Shown: positions 1-14,347, counted from the stretch's first letter. The stretch: 64,000 nt of DNA from Octopus vulgaris (GCA_951406725.2 OX597819.1:23994001-24058000), one strand, 5' to 3'. A program made the numbers and translations. The notes: generated by a model not told the origin, from the sequence alone.

Positions 1-275
1 CAGTACGAACTTTCCGGACAACCCAATATTTTGCGTGATAGATTCAGAATTTTAAGAAATTCTACGTTTATCCGTTTTTTAATCAATAAACGTGTGTATT
101 GCTTGAGAAAGCAAAACCTTTTTCCTTTGTTAGATCTTAGAGTTTTGCTTACTCGTTAGTACAGTAATCATTCGTGTCCCTATCGGCCATTGCTTGTTGA
201 AACCAGGCGATCAAACGATACAAACAAAAATCTTCTTTCGCAATTGTTATTACTAGTATTAATATTACTAATGTT

Positions 276-679
276 GTGGAGGCGCTATGGCGCAGTGGTT
301 AGGGCAGCGGACTCGCGGTCATAGGATCGCGGTTTCGATTCCCGGACCGGGCGTTGTGAGTGTTTATTGAGCGAAAACACCTAAAAGCTCCACGAGGCTC
401 CGGCAGGGGGATGGTGGTGATCCCTGCTGTACTCTTTCACCACAACTTTCTCTCACTCTTAACTTCCTGTTTCTGTTGTACCTGTATTTCAAAGGGGCCG
501 GCCTTGTCACTCTCTGTGTCACGCTGAATATCCCCGAGAACTACGTTAAGGGTGCACGTGTCTGTGGAGTGCTCAGCCACTTACACGTTAATTTCACGAG
601 CAGGCTGTTCCGTTGATTCGGATCAACCGGAACCCTCGTCGTCGTAACCGACGGAGTGCAAAAGGAAGTGCTTCCATCC
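276..679 (+). mobile_element. tRNA-derived SINE, family A (head A + tail X), full length
   Basis: A box TGGCGCAGTGG and B box GTTTCGATTCC; 12-bp TSD ATTACTAATGTT at 264-275 and 680-691; near-identical copy at 59367-59753. Confidence 0.9.
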
Positions 680-1143
680 ATTACTAATGTTATTATTGTC
701 ATCATTCCTCTTTCCACCTTTCTCTCATCCTCCCACATTCCTCTCTGACAAACCTCCCTTTTGTATCAATGTAGTATCTTCTGTTTATCAATTTCATCGT
801 TGTGTCAACAAACCGATTGGATGTTGTGTCACGTATGGATTTCACACATTTACAGCAGAAACACAAAAGCCAAAAGAGCATGTTTTGTCTAAGATTTTTT
901 TTTGTCTTTATCTCAATTTGGTTATCATATTAAATCACATCTCAGATGATTGGGATCATTTTTCTACGCCTTGGCATTGTTTTAATATATTTTTTTTTTT
1001 TCGCTTTGAATGATGTATCTCTTTCTTTGTCTTGCAAAACGTATGTGAAGAACATTGATGCGTAGTCGAGATACATGCATATTGTCGCGCAATACACACA
1101 CTGGCACACGCACACACACACGCACACACACACACGCACACAC

Positions 1144-1187
<44 letters not shown>

Positions 1188-1429
1188 ATATATATATGTG
1201 TGTGTGAGTATGTATGTGTGTGGGTGGGTGTGTTTAGGTGTATTTGGGAGTATCACTATTCACCAGTCTATCTATTTATTTATCTATCTATCTATATACA
1301 CATGCACATACAAATGTATATAAATATGTATATGTATGTATATTCATACATAAATGCATGCACACAGACATGCATCTATATATCTATATATGTATGTGTG
1401 TATATATATTAGGCTAGGCGTAATTTAAA

Positions 1430-2600
1430 CTCTACACATCAGCACATGCTGTTTCACTCGTCACCATAACGAGCAACCGCATCATTTCTCGCATCCGGTA
1501 TTTCGTCTTTCCTTTCTCAGACATCGACTAACTTCTTTTCGTTATTATGAACAACATCTTTTGAAAAGAGACATCGGGATTGTATAAGAGGTCGAATCTT
1601 GTCGAGTTTGTTAGCCATTACATATATAGTATAGTGTCAATGCAGAGCACTAAACACCCGATGCTCCTTCGCTTTTCCTATTCAAATATGTAGATAGTAT
1701 CTCATGGTCACTTTTTGTGAGCAGACCGGTTGTATATATGGCAAAATGAACGATACAAATGAATACATATTTCAAAGGGAACATACACCAACAACACTGG
1801 CTCACACTCGCTGCTCGATTTCCAAACTAAAATAACAAAGGGTGAGATTACATATTATCAACTTCCACAAGAAAACTGATTGTATATTCAGATCAACCCC
1901 ACAAACAACTGATAATCCCTTTTGAAAATAGAATGTAATCACCCTTATATATATAAGATACAGCAGTGCAGATGATATATCTTCAAACAAAAAGCTGAAC
2001 GAAAGTTTACTGAAGCGAACGCCTATGCATTATCATATACAAAGCATCATTTTCATAATAATTCCACAACGAAAGTTAACACCTCTCGTAGCATCACTCG
2101 ACTTCTTAATCTTCCGCATTTTAACGACAAAATCGCTGCTACATACTGGAGGAAATCTGTACAGGACATATTAAGTATCCAGCAGATGAGAGCTTGGCCT
2201 TCCGCAAGAAAAAATTTTGACGCTATGTCAGTCCCACATATCAACTATGCATGAAAATTAGCCAACAGTCCTATGAACAATATGGATATGTGTTTAAAGG
2301 TGTACGCAGTGTACAAAATAGCATGTAACGAATGTGGTGTAATTTGCAACAGCAGTTGTTAACAAACTGATCAACCGCGTAAAAGAACCCATGCGTATGA
2401 ATGGATCTTCTGTCAGAACACTTCGAGATGTTGTAACCAAGACTTCACCGCCAAATCAACAAAGCAGAGTATTGGTTATTCATTGTTATTAAGAAATTAA
2501 AAGTATATTGTGAACAACGCAAAAGTTGCACGGTATCAACTAGATAACATAAACTATCAGCGTATGGTATTATGCCCACCCAGTCAATCGTATATCGTCT
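1430..2600 (+). pseudogene. Possible heavily decayed Penelope-like (GIY-YIG) relic
   Basis: Only a short motif near 2300-2390 (YAVYKIACNEC...LINRVKE) resembles the GIY-YIG VYxIxCxxC...L..R..E pattern; no open frame. Confidence 0.3.
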
Positions 2601-2689
2601 TAGCAGTGGAGCTGCGCTTAGTTTCCATATGGAGATTGATGAGGGTTTTTTAAGGCGAAATATCGAAATATAATGTACGAGCAAAACGC

Positions 2690-3057
2690 CCCCCCCCCCA
2701 CCGTCCAATGGACGGTGCTGAGTTGTCAAACATTTAAACCAAATTTTCTCAAAACAACTTGTCCGACCATCCCATAGGCCTCTCCTTTGAGAAACACTGA
2801 TTTAACCTAAATTTGAGACACCAGCAAAAGAAGAAATAAAGATAGACTTTTTTTCTATTCCAAGAAAAACGATTTTACAAATGCACGTTCCCACGGCTTC
2901 ATCGATCGCATTCTCACCTGGAATTGATTTATGTAAATTTTTCAAGACTTGATACCGTTGGTGTCTGCATATCAAATTTGAGCGCAATTGGATGGAGGAT
3001 GCCCGAGATCCTAGAAGACATATATACATACAGACAGAACGGATTTTATATAATAGA
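2690..3057 (-). mobile_element. Non-autonomous Helitron 5' portion
   Basis: Minus strand starts TCTATTATATAAAA, like the 5' TC ends of the other Helitrons here; 3' end not identified. Confidence 0.4.
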
Positions 3058-3868
3058 TATACTTTTATTCATCTCCACTTAAAAGTGGATGTTCTGTTAG
3101 AACAAACTATACTCCAGTAGTCTCCACGAGAGACTCTCATATTGGCTTTCGGTGCAAAATGCACTCTTCTTTTATCTCTTACTTTCTACTTGCATTGTTA
3201 TAGCTTTCTAAAACACATCCACACACCAACACACACACACACACGCACACACACACACACATACACATACACACATACACACACACACACACACACACGC
3301 ATATGCATGTATGAATGTATATGTGTGTGCATGTGTGTGTGTATGTTTAGCATGTATGTATGCATGTATCTATATGTGTGTGTGTATATACGTGTGTTTG
3401 TGAGGGTGTGTGTGTTGGTGAGGTTGAATATGTGGTTGTGTGAGCTATTTCTTTTCTGGGATTTGCATCAGAGTGTAAGGCGCACGTACGCACAGATACA
3501 CGCACACACACACAAACGCATACACAATCATACACAACAAACATATACAGACAGACACACACACACATGAACATACACTCATAGACACACAGACTTACTT
3601 ATAAAATATACACTTATACTCAGAAGCATACACATATATACACAGCAGTGTGCTAAAAAACATCTATATAAACATATATACTTAAATATAGTTTAAAAGG
3701 TTATATAAATAGATAGTTAAACTATAGAACAGGTATTTGGATGTTATTTTCATTAGAACTATACGCCAGATGAAGGTCAAATATGAAGAAAAATAATGTA
3801 AACGGTTCAATTCCTCTCTTCAATATACAATGTCGCATTTACATACATACATACATACATATTATATA

Positions 3869-3926
<58 letters not shown>

Positions 3927-3949
3927 CATACATATGTACATACATATAT

Positions 3950-3983
<34 letters not shown>

Positions 3984-4030
3984 TATATATATACATATAC
4001 ATACATACATATATCTATATATGTATATGC

Positions 4031-4073
<43 letters not shown>

Positions 4074-4343
4074 CACACACACATATATATACTTATATAT
4101 ATATGTGTGTGTGTGTGTATGTTGCATTTGCAGGAATCTTGATGTGAACTCCTGAGTTGAAGCAAATCTTATATCTCAGGAGGGTCATTATGTCAGTAAA
4201 AATAATAAACACACGCACTAGTGCATGTGATTATTATCATTGGCATAATGACTCTCCCAAGAAACAACATTATGTATACACACACATATATGTATATATG
4301 CATATATGTATACATGTATGTATGCATCTATGCCTATTTATAT

Positions 4344-4421
<78 letters not shown>

Positions 4422-4639
4422 ACATATGTATATTTGTCTATATATATATATATATATACGGACACACATTCATACATACACGAATTCATTTGGAAACATT
4501 AAATTCAATAAGATTGTGTGATGCATAAAAAGATGAAAATGGCAGCTTCAAGACGGCCACTCTCTTTTCTCTGTTCGTAACTACAGAATTTACTATTTCC
4601 TACAACACAAATTTATTCAGTTTGCTAATATCCCTTCCT

Positions 4640-4845
4640 ACTATAGGCGCAAGGTTTGAATTTTGCGGGAAGTTGGCAATCGATTACATTGATCCCAGTG
4701 CCCAACTTGTACTATTTCATTGACCCCGGGAAAATGAAAGACAAGTCGACGCCGAAGAAATTTTAATTTAGAACATAAAGATAGATGTAATGCCGCTAAG
4801 CACTTTGTCCGGCGAGCTAATGTCACTGTCAACTCACTGGCTTTC
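4640..4845 (-). mobile_element. SINE family B, diverged copy
   Basis: Similar to the rc of the family-B core (GTCGACTTTGCCTTTCATCCTTTCGGGGTCGATAAA...GTACCAGTT) at 46269-46497. Confidence 0.75.
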
Positions 4846-5486
4846 ACTTTCCTAATATCATCGAATTTTCGCTCTCACAATTGATCTCTGTTTTATCAAA
4901 TTCTAAAGGTTTCAATACCAAAAATACCAATTCAAATCCAATCAAGAAAGTTGAGAATTTTGTGAGTGCAAAACATTTTAAGAATATATGTTACTTTTTT
5001 TTTATTGTTTACTCAAAGGGAAAAGAATAGTGTTTAAGATCTTTTGAAGAAACTGGAAGGAGAGTAGAAACGTTAAATGATCAGGTTTTGGCTTCTGCAT
5101 CTTTATCGTTAAGCAAACATAGATCGATCTGTTGTTATAGAAGAAAAGGAACCTAGAACCATTTGATTATTAAACTATTTTCTTAAGCACACGGTCTTGT
5201 GGACATATAAGTGCCATGATACCATAGACTTAATATTAGTTATTTTTATTACAGCAAATTGTATCCGATAAAATTCAAAATATCGTTTTGGAAAGTCATA
5301 CAACAACACAACTCTTACCTGGAGAAAATTTTAAAACATGCAAAGATCCTTTATGAAATTAATCCAAATTCATCCACACATAATCTGAAACTATGTATCC
5401 ATATATATAATACAGGCAAATACAATCTGCTTAATAACGATGTAGCTTCAGGTAGCGTGGCACCTCAGGTAAAACGTAACCTTGCA

Positions 5487-6898
5487 TATATATGGTGGTT
5501 GTCTACTCCTTATGCAGAGTTTGACCACCTCCTGTACCTACACCTCAGAACCATCAAGGCATCTAATGTGGGTTTTAAAACCAGACAATGTTCTGAAAAG
5601 ACACCTACATAGATAGTACATCCGATTTGGACCATCAAGAACTGCAGATAAGTTCTGTTTTTTGTGGATCTAAAAATGACTTTTGAGACCTCCGTTAGAT
5701 TTTCAAACCTCCTGGCATACACTGCATTCAAAGGTGTGCACAGACATATAGGCCAAATAGTTGGTGGAGGTTCGTTTTCCATGGGTTCGCACATGTGATT
5801 TGAGCCCAGCAAAAGAAAGGCACACAAAAAGGTCATTGTCATTCACCTTCTCGATCGTAACATTCTTCCTTAGATCCCTTTTGAGTCCTACATGCATTAT
5901 TCTGGCCTCTTCAAACGCTTTCTCTTCACTCCCGACTTTTGTTCGCCATCCAGCCCGATCCGAAGCAAGGGTTTCTATGTCTTCTGGATCCATTCCAAGT
6001 GACTTCATAGTAATCCTTATGCCGTCCTTAAACCTTTCTTTTAGGTTTAAGCCGATAGCGTTCCCCTCTGCAAGCTCATCATAAAAGCAGCTGTTTCGGC
6101 ATGCGTTCATCCGCCATTTGAATAATATAGCCACACCATCTCATTTGGTTCCTCAAAATCATAGCTTTAATTGAGGTGATGTCTGCAGATGCAAGGTCAT
6201 CTGTTTCTGGAGTAAAGAAATTCCATTTAATGCGATGAAAGCAGTTTTGGTAGAATTGTTCTAACAATTTAAAATGCCTTTCATAACAAGTCCATTTTTC
6301 ACAAGTATACAACAGGGATGGGAAGACAAATGATTTGTAAAGAGCCAGCTTTGTATTTTTATTTATATGTCACAGTCACCAAACGCGTGACTCCAAGCCA
6401 CCAAATGCTTTTGCTGCCCTTTGAATTCGCAGATGTATTTCTGTATCAAGATTTCCATCATTTTGTACAGAGCTTCCAAGGTAGATGAACGAATCGACAA
6501 CCTCAAGTAACTTCTTAACAATAATTTTAGCGGGTTTACAATCAGAACCACACGCAGGTTGCTGCATTACAACTGCTTTTTTCAAGTTGATGGTGAAGCC
6601 GAAATCATTACAAGCTGAGTCAAATGCAGATACAAGAGATTGCAGACCTGTTTCAGAGTGACTGACGAGATTGCAATCGTCAGCGTATAGGAGCTCCCTA
6701 ATGAGTTAAGTAAAAACCTTCGTTTTGAATTTCAGTCTGGTCAGTTTCAAAAACATCCCCTGTTGTTCGATATTTTATGTAAATACCCACCTCAGAGTTT
6801 CGAAAGGCATGTGGCAACACAACAGCCACGCATATTGCAAAGAGAGTGCGAGCATCGAGGTCTCCTTGCTTTACTCCATTTTTCACGGCAAAAGATTG
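5487..6898 (-). mobile_element. RTE-clade (BovB-like) LINE, 5'-truncated and decayed; RT C-terminal half plus C2H2 fingers
   Basis: Frame-broken peptides NGVKQG, ELLYADDC, FIYLGS, RW.G.I..M.DERMPKQL, LASDRAGWR; flanked by a ~50-bp direct repeat (5436-5486 and 6899-6949). Confidence 0.9.
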
Positions 6899-7232
6899 AA
6901 CGATATAGCTTCATGTAGCGTAGCACCTCAGGTAAAACCTAACACTGCACACACACACACACACACACACACAACTTTCCACTTCCGGTCACTTCAGCAA
7001 TGTAATTACACACGTGCTCCTGATGATCTTTTCCTTCCTTGGACTTTTCCCTTTCCCTTTCCGACAAAGCGCTATGCTCAAAACGTCAAAAACTCTCTCT
7101 CTTTTTATTGAGTGTCAAACTAACACATTCCTTCAGTACGTCCTCTTGTCTGTTATTGTTAATTTTATTATTCGTTTATTTGATTTGACTATATATATAT
7201 ACACATATATACGTGTATATATATATATATAC

Positions 7233-7280
<48 letters not shown>

Positions 7281-7441
7281 CCATATATATATATGCATAT
7301 GTATATATTTATATATATGTATTATATTATGTATTTTATAAGCTTAAAGGTTTAAGCTTATAAAATATTGTTAGTATTATTTACAGAATTGTAAAACTCG
7401 ACACTGCTTACCAAAAACCATCACATAAATATATATATATA

Positions 7442-8835
7442 CTAGCTAGTGTACCCGGTAATTCCCTGGGCTAAAGATGTTCTATTGAAACGCCTTATTA
7501 CTCTGATATAAGAAAGCATTTTCGTTATAACTGCTACAAAAAGTGTATTTTACACTGCGAAAATGCACAAAAAACTATCAGCTGGAGGAGGGAGAGATTG
7601 TCGGAGGTTGGTGAGAGCTGTTTTCGGTGGTTAGCGAGAAAGTACTCTGACTCGTCGTGGCATTTTAAAGGTGAACTTTATGAAGGCTGATTTATTAAAG
7701 GTAATATATAAATGTAGTATACATGCATATAAATATATGAATGAAGTGTTTAATGTTTAAGAATGCAATGCAGAAAGTGCAATATTAACGTGCTTTTATA
7801 ACTATCGAAAAGCAGCCATAAGGATAGACATATTGTTGAAAACAAATGATTTTATTGGAGGTCTGTTATCTTCATTCCAGTCCCTGGTGGCCTAGAAGAG
7901 GTTAGGAAGGTGAAGTGGCAAAGACATTATTCTGCTTAGCGAAGACATCTGGGAAATGTATAACTGCTGTCATTTACAGAATAACTATTGTTTTACCGTG
8001 AGAAAAGCGCCGTTGAAGTATTAAGTGAAATTTGGCAATGGAGGATCGAATCCATGCTATGTCTGCATGAAGCCACTACAAATACGTTGTGGAATAAATA
8101 ATTTATCAAATATTGATCACTTCGCTAAATTCTGCAGGTGATATGGATTATTTCCCTTGGGTTGTTTAAATAAAATATTAGTAATAGAAGGATCCAATGG
8201 AGGGGCCCTATTATCGATTTATTTCACTGATTAAAGTATATCAAGAGGTTTCCAGACGTGAGTTCTACTCACGTCTCAAATAAAGTATAAAAGTGATATT
8301 GTCTACAAAATTTAGAAATTGGACACACAAAAAATCAATATTCAAAGTAATCGAACATAAACAATGAAACCTGTAAAATATTTCTAAATTCGATGGCTGA
8401 ATTTATTTCCTGAAAATGTTGTAGGAACTGTAAATAAGCAATAAGTAATATGATTTGTAAAATAAGTATAAGTGATACAGGGTGTCCCAACTGAATGTGG
8501 TGTGGAAGTTTTGTTCCATTTTTTAAAGAATTTTAAGCATTCAGAATATGAGTTCATTGTATTGGGACACAACTTATGAAATACGTTCTGGAAACAAAAG
8601 TTTATGTACTGTCATCGGAAACGTTTAACTGGAAAATTGCAGAACTTTCGGAGTTATGGGCATTGAAAGTGCATATGCATCAAGAAAGTGCAATAATAAG
8701 GTCTAGCAGTTGAAAACTGTGTAGTGAATTGCAGAATTAGATCGTGAGAATCAAATATTGATCGATTCGTTAAAAACTAACAACTGTAAGAGCAGGTGCT
8801 AGGGGTTATTTCCCTTGGGTGTTTAAAAATAGTTA
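7442..8835 (-). mobile_element. Non-autonomous Helitron-like element
   Basis: Minus-strand 3' end is hairpin CCCAGGGAATTACCGGG then CTAG in a TA context; internal duplication about 8108-8175 / 8753-8830; 5' boundary approximate. Confidence 0.55.
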
Positions 8836-8846
8836 TATGAGGTAGG

Positions 8847-8916
<70 letters not shown>

Positions 8917-9012
8917 TACGTTAATGTCGCACGTATTGTATATATATATATACATACAATACGTACGGTATTAAAGTACTCCTATATAGACAAAACATAC
9001 ATGCATTCATGT

Positions 9013-9395
9013 ACTCTTTTATTCCTGTTATCATTTCACTCTTTGGATTGTGGCCATGTCGAGGCACTGTATTCATGGATCAAGAAGAACAAATCGATTC
9101 AAATACTTATTTTTCAATCATGTACTTATTCTATCGAACTATTTCGCCGGACCGCAATGTGACAGGGACGTAAACAAAGCAGCACTGGTTATAAATCGAT
9201 GGGGAAAAAACACAGACTCACAAATTCTTACACACACACACGTCTACCACGGACTTACAGTTTACCAAATCCACTCACACGGTATTGGTCAGCCCTGGAT
9301 TATAGTAGAAGACATTTATCCACGTTACCACACAGTAGGACCGAACCCAACACCAAGTGGTTACAAAGCGAACTACTTAACCACTCAGCCATGCA
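9013..9395 (-). mobile_element. SINE family C, diverged
   Basis: Colinear with the full copy at 28298-28720 (head, internal CA repeat, tail). Confidence 0.75.
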
Positions 9396-9521
9396 ATGGC
9401 ATAATTAGATATTTACTTATACAGAACCCATAACGAAACAAATATACTTGCCAAACTCCAGACACATTACCTTACCCTGCCCATTCACTTCTCCCTCGCT
9501 TTTTTCTCACCCAACTCTCTT

Positions 9522-9586
<65 letters not shown>

Positions 9587-10212
9587 GAGACAGTATGTCG
9601 GTAAGTTCCTTACAGCTAACATTCACTAATAATTCCTAATTTACATGCGTTTTGTATTGCCGAGTGTTCCATATGTTCAAAATGAAATTGTCTGACTGGA
9701 AAGAAACGTGCCTTTTTTTTTTTTCAACAATCTTATTTGTACTTAAAAGTCATTTCAGATGACCTTTCAGTAAAGCTGTCGTGTTTGGCTAACCTGAAAT
9801 GAAGTCTTTGGACATCTGTTTTTTACGGTTGGTTATGTAAAGTGACTATTGAACTGCTAAACTTGCATCTTATAACATCAGCTCCAATATGTATGCTAAC
9901 GGGCCAGCTAACTGACTGACTAATAACACGAAGTGAAGGTAAAGGAGTTGGGTTAAAAATAAACGAAAAACGAAAAGGAAAGAAAAGAAGATGGCTGGTA
10001 GTAGAGTTGCTAGTTAATGGATGCTGTCATACGAGTGTGGTTTACTTTCCAAATACTAGGTTCCAGTTTCGATTCCACAGTGGGCTATTTTGTAAAAGTG
10101 TCTTCTACAATAACGACCGATTGACAAATGCCTTGTGAATGGAATTTGGCTGATAGGAATAACAGGAGCCACGCGAAAGTTTGTGCATATGTGTATATAT
10201 ATATATATATAA

Positions 10213-10462
10213 ATGGTAAGACAACAAAAGAAAAGAGACCACGATATTATGAAAATAGAGGAATTTATCTGTAAATATAATGAGACAATTATTCGGTAGC
10301 CATGATAGAACTCCGAGTTTCGGATGTCGGGGCGGAAACCTACGCCACTATCTCTTCAGTTATCGGGCCATCGATGGCTCCATGACTGAAGAGATGGTGG
10401 CGTAGGTCTCCACCCGGACATCCGAAACTCATGGCTGCCTAATAATTGTCACATATTATATT

Positions 10463-10468
<6 letters not shown>
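10213..10468. mobile_element. Small non-autonomous PLE-like fold-back element carrying a hammerhead
   Basis: Arms 10270-10363 and 10382-10467 are inverted; left arm has an extra tail; bounded by (TA)n on both sides. Confidence 0.75.
10304..10364 (-). ncRNA. Type-I hammerhead ribozyme motif
   Basis: Minus strand: GATAA-CTGAAGA-long stem II-GAAACTC-G-GAGTT-CTATC; GUU triplet; one stem-I mismatch. Confidence 0.65.
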
Positions 10469-10534
<66 letters not shown>

Positions 10535-10772
10535 CGTATGTATGTATTGCTAAATCCACAAGTTTTATTTATTCTCGGTTTATTTCCCCATGTTCCTTTC
10601 TGTCGAAGAGCTTAGGCTCGAAGCATAAGAGGCTTTCTCACTTTTCCGAGCATCAGACTAATACACCTGCTTGTTGTTTATACACCTGTCTTCGTCTTTT
10701 GTTTATATATATATGCATACATATACATACATATACATACATACATATACATATAGATATACACACACACAC

Positions 10773-10807
<35 letters not shown>

Positions 10808-11035
10808 CGAGTAAGTGAAGAGACGAAAGAGAAAGACACTTTAGTAGGAGTTACATATATTTACGTAATATTTTAAACAGTTTGATCCGGCTCCACGAGA
10901 GTAAAAGTTTTGCAAGATTCATACAGAAACACAGCACGTTGAGGCTCAGATTACCGAACTGGTAATCTAAGACTGAACGACTTGGATTTCTGTAAGAATC
11001 TCTGAGTCGCATGGAGCCGAATGAAGTTGTTTTAA

Positions 11036-11262
<227 letters not shown>

Positions 11263-11263
<1 letters not shown>

Positions 11264-14085
11264 CACATCCAATGAGAAAACATTCTACAGAGAAAAATGG
11301 AAGGAGAATATAACCGTTGAAGACCGCCCCCCCCCTGCTATGGAAAATGTTGAAAACTTTAAAAAATAAATTTGGAGTAATGAAAAGACCTGCAATGGAA
11401 ATGGAAACTGGATTAGACACACAGAAAGATCCTGACCTAAGGATGACACTACCGAAGGTTCATGGGTGGAAATTTCCTGGTAATGACAGGGTGCCAAATT
11501 TATGGCTCGCGTCGCTCCCATGTGCACACAAAGAGTTACTTCAGTTATTCAATAAAATTATTCCCGAAGAATAACGAAACCAAATCTCCCTCAAAACCAT
11601 CGGCATATAACTTGTCTATTTATCACGAGGCTCATATGGATGTAAAGACCAACTCCTAATCAATCGCAAGATCCTTGAAAACTGTCATAACAAACGCAGA
11701 AATCTCAGTTCCGCATGGATTGATTATAAAAAGGCTTTGACAGCATACCGCATTCATGGATCGTGAAATCGCTGGATATCTTCAAAATTTCTCCTGTAAT
11801 CTTCAAAATTTCTTCTGTAACTTCCTGGAGCACAACATGTCAGTGTGGAATACGATTCTCCAATTATACCTCTCTAAAGGAGTACTGACCAATATTAATA
11901 TCAATATTAATATCAACTGCGGCATTTTCCAAGGTGACTCACTTTCACCTCTAGTTTTTTAAATAGCTCTAATACCGCTCCCGAGTGAACCTAACAGAAC
12001 GGGGTGTGGGTAAAAAATTGACAACAAGAAAATAAGTCATCTATTTTATATGGATGACTTAAACTCTACGGAAAAGACGAAGGACTGCTACATACTGTGA
12101 AAGGATGGTATTTGGTCTTGATAAATGTGCCAAGGCCACTTTGCAGAAAGAGAAATTGAAGACCCTTCATTCAGTGGTGTTAGATGTTGAGAGTTATAAA
12201 AGAACTCGAGCAGGAACAAACTTACAAATACGTCGAGGGCTCTGGCATTCAGCATGCAAGCATAAAAGATGAGATCAGGAAGGAATGTTACAGGAGAGTT
12301 CGAGCGTTCCTAAAATCCAATTTAGATCCACGTAACAAAGTGTTAGCTATAAATTCCTTAGAAGTTTCGGTTGTTATTTACAGTTTCAGTGTGTTGAACT
12401 GGAAAATGAACGAAATAAGGAAGGTTGACCGGAATATCCGTAAGCTGCTGACTTGCAATAAGATGCACCACTCAAAGGAAGATGCAGATCGTCTTTACCT
12501 TCCCGGAGCTCAAAGAGGTCGAGGCTTGATCCAATTTGAAATCGCTTACAAAACCATCACAATAGGAATGGCAAAATATCCTGAAACATCTAAAGGCTGT
12601 ATACTAAAGCTCGTTGAAAATCACAATAAACGTAATAAGTTTCATTCTGTTATGAAGGAGAGCAAAAAATTTGCCAGTGAATTTATGCATGATAACCCAG
12701 ATTGAACAATATGATGGAAGTGCGGTAACTGTGACTGCGAAGAAAGTGAAGTGAATAGCAAAGTAAAATGAGTTTGAACAATTGACTGATAGGTGGGAAC
12801 AAAAACCTCTGCATGGCAAATATGTGCCCCGTAGCAAACAAGCTGATGTAGAGTTCAGGGCTAGAGCGAAGGCTTAACTTGGCTGCTGAAGATTAGAGCT
12901 TATTCACCCGGAACTATGAAGCCAATGTGATAAAAAAATGGAGTAGACTCAAAGTGCCGATACTGCAACGATGGGAACGAAACAGTGAATCACCTGATCT
13001 CTGGTTGTAAGGTTTAGCACCTGTAGAGTATGAATCAAGAAATGACAGAGTTGGCCAATATCTACTGTGGATAATATGTCGGCATTATAAAATCAAAACT
13101 GCTGTCAAATGGTACAATCTGTAACTGAGGGAGAAAATGTAACGATTCTTTGGGACCTTCCAGTATGTACAGACCGGACCATCAAAACTAATAAATCAGA
13201 TATTGTTGTAAAAGACCAAAGTAATAAAGTTTGTTCATTGATTGGCATGAACATACCCTGTGGCCATAATATTTTGGCAAAAGAATTTGGTAAGCTAAAA
13301 AAATATAAAAGATTTGTTAATCGAAATCGAAAAGATGCGGCATCTCAAGAGCGCTTAGAATTATAAAAAAACTAGCAGTATCGCCCGGCGTTGCTCGGGT
13401 TTGTAAGGGAAATAACTATATAAGCATTTTTAGAGATGTAAAGTATAATAGCCATCTCAATATGGCTAACCACAGTAGCTTTTTACGTTCTGAGATTTAA
13501 TAATAAATTTTTAGAGAGTTACTTCCCTTATATATGCCAAAAATACTTTAAAAATGGGAAAAATTGATGGTAAATTAAAAAAAAATCATCGTAGACTCAT
13601 CGTAGACGTGCGCTAATACCCAGAAGGGTTCGATATGAATCACGACAATAAGACACCCGGTTTTGGTTAAACTGCACCGCAAAATGTGGAGTAGTTAGGA
13701 ATCTAAATCGTAGGAGACAGACAGCACACAACCTTACTTTTATATATAAAGAAGAGGAACTGAAAATTATCTGAGAATGATCCCTCGCTTACCACCCATG
13801 CAGGAAGTGAAGAAGAGTGTCTTAACTGGAACGTCACACGTTCTGAGAAGAGCATTGTCGCAGTAAATGTTCTTTCCCTTTTCCCCTTTATTTTCTTTGT
13901 TTATTTATTATTATTTTTTTCCTTTTCTCAATGTCTTTCTTTTCCTTTTTCTCTATCACATGACTTTGTAAATTAATAATCTGGTGTGTTTATTTTAATG
14001 ACCTACCACCAGTGTATACAGTGAGTTTCTCTGCTCGAGGTGTCAGGAAGACACTCGGCAAGAAATGGAAACGAAATTGAAAGAT
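11263..14085 (+). mobile_element. R4/Dong-like RLE non-LTR retrotransposon, decayed, interrupted by a Helitron
   Basis: AWIDYKKA, GIFQGDSLSPL, HLFYMDDLKL, CRYC..ETVNHLISGC, ILWD.PV.TDRTIK.NK.DI motifs across frameshifts; same family as 62658-64000. Confidence 0.9.
13372..13752 (-). mobile_element. Non-autonomous Helitron
   Basis: Minus strand begins TCTTTATATATAAAA and ends hairpin CCCGAGCAACGCCGGG + CTAG; splits the LINE; shares ends with 22230-23072. Confidence 0.85.
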
Positions 14086-14087
14086 GA

Positions 14088-14149
<62 letters not shown>

Positions 14150-14171
14150 ATAATAATAATAATAATAATGA

Positions 14172-14341
14172 TAAACACTACTAGGCCCTGCACACAGCAC
14201 TACTAGGCACTGCACACATCCTACGCAGAACACTTTCCATACAATAACCATCAGAGCATCACAACAAATCACAGCACATACCCAAGGCACACAGAGCTGC
14301 GTTCGGTAGTGAAGTGAAAGCACGCTATAAAAATAAAACCA

Positions 14342-14347
<6 letters not shown>
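14172..14347 (+). mobile_element. 3' end of a second R4/Dong-like family
   Basis: Terminal LLGTAHILRRTLS peptide plus 3' UTR, between (AAT)n tracts. Confidence 0.7.
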
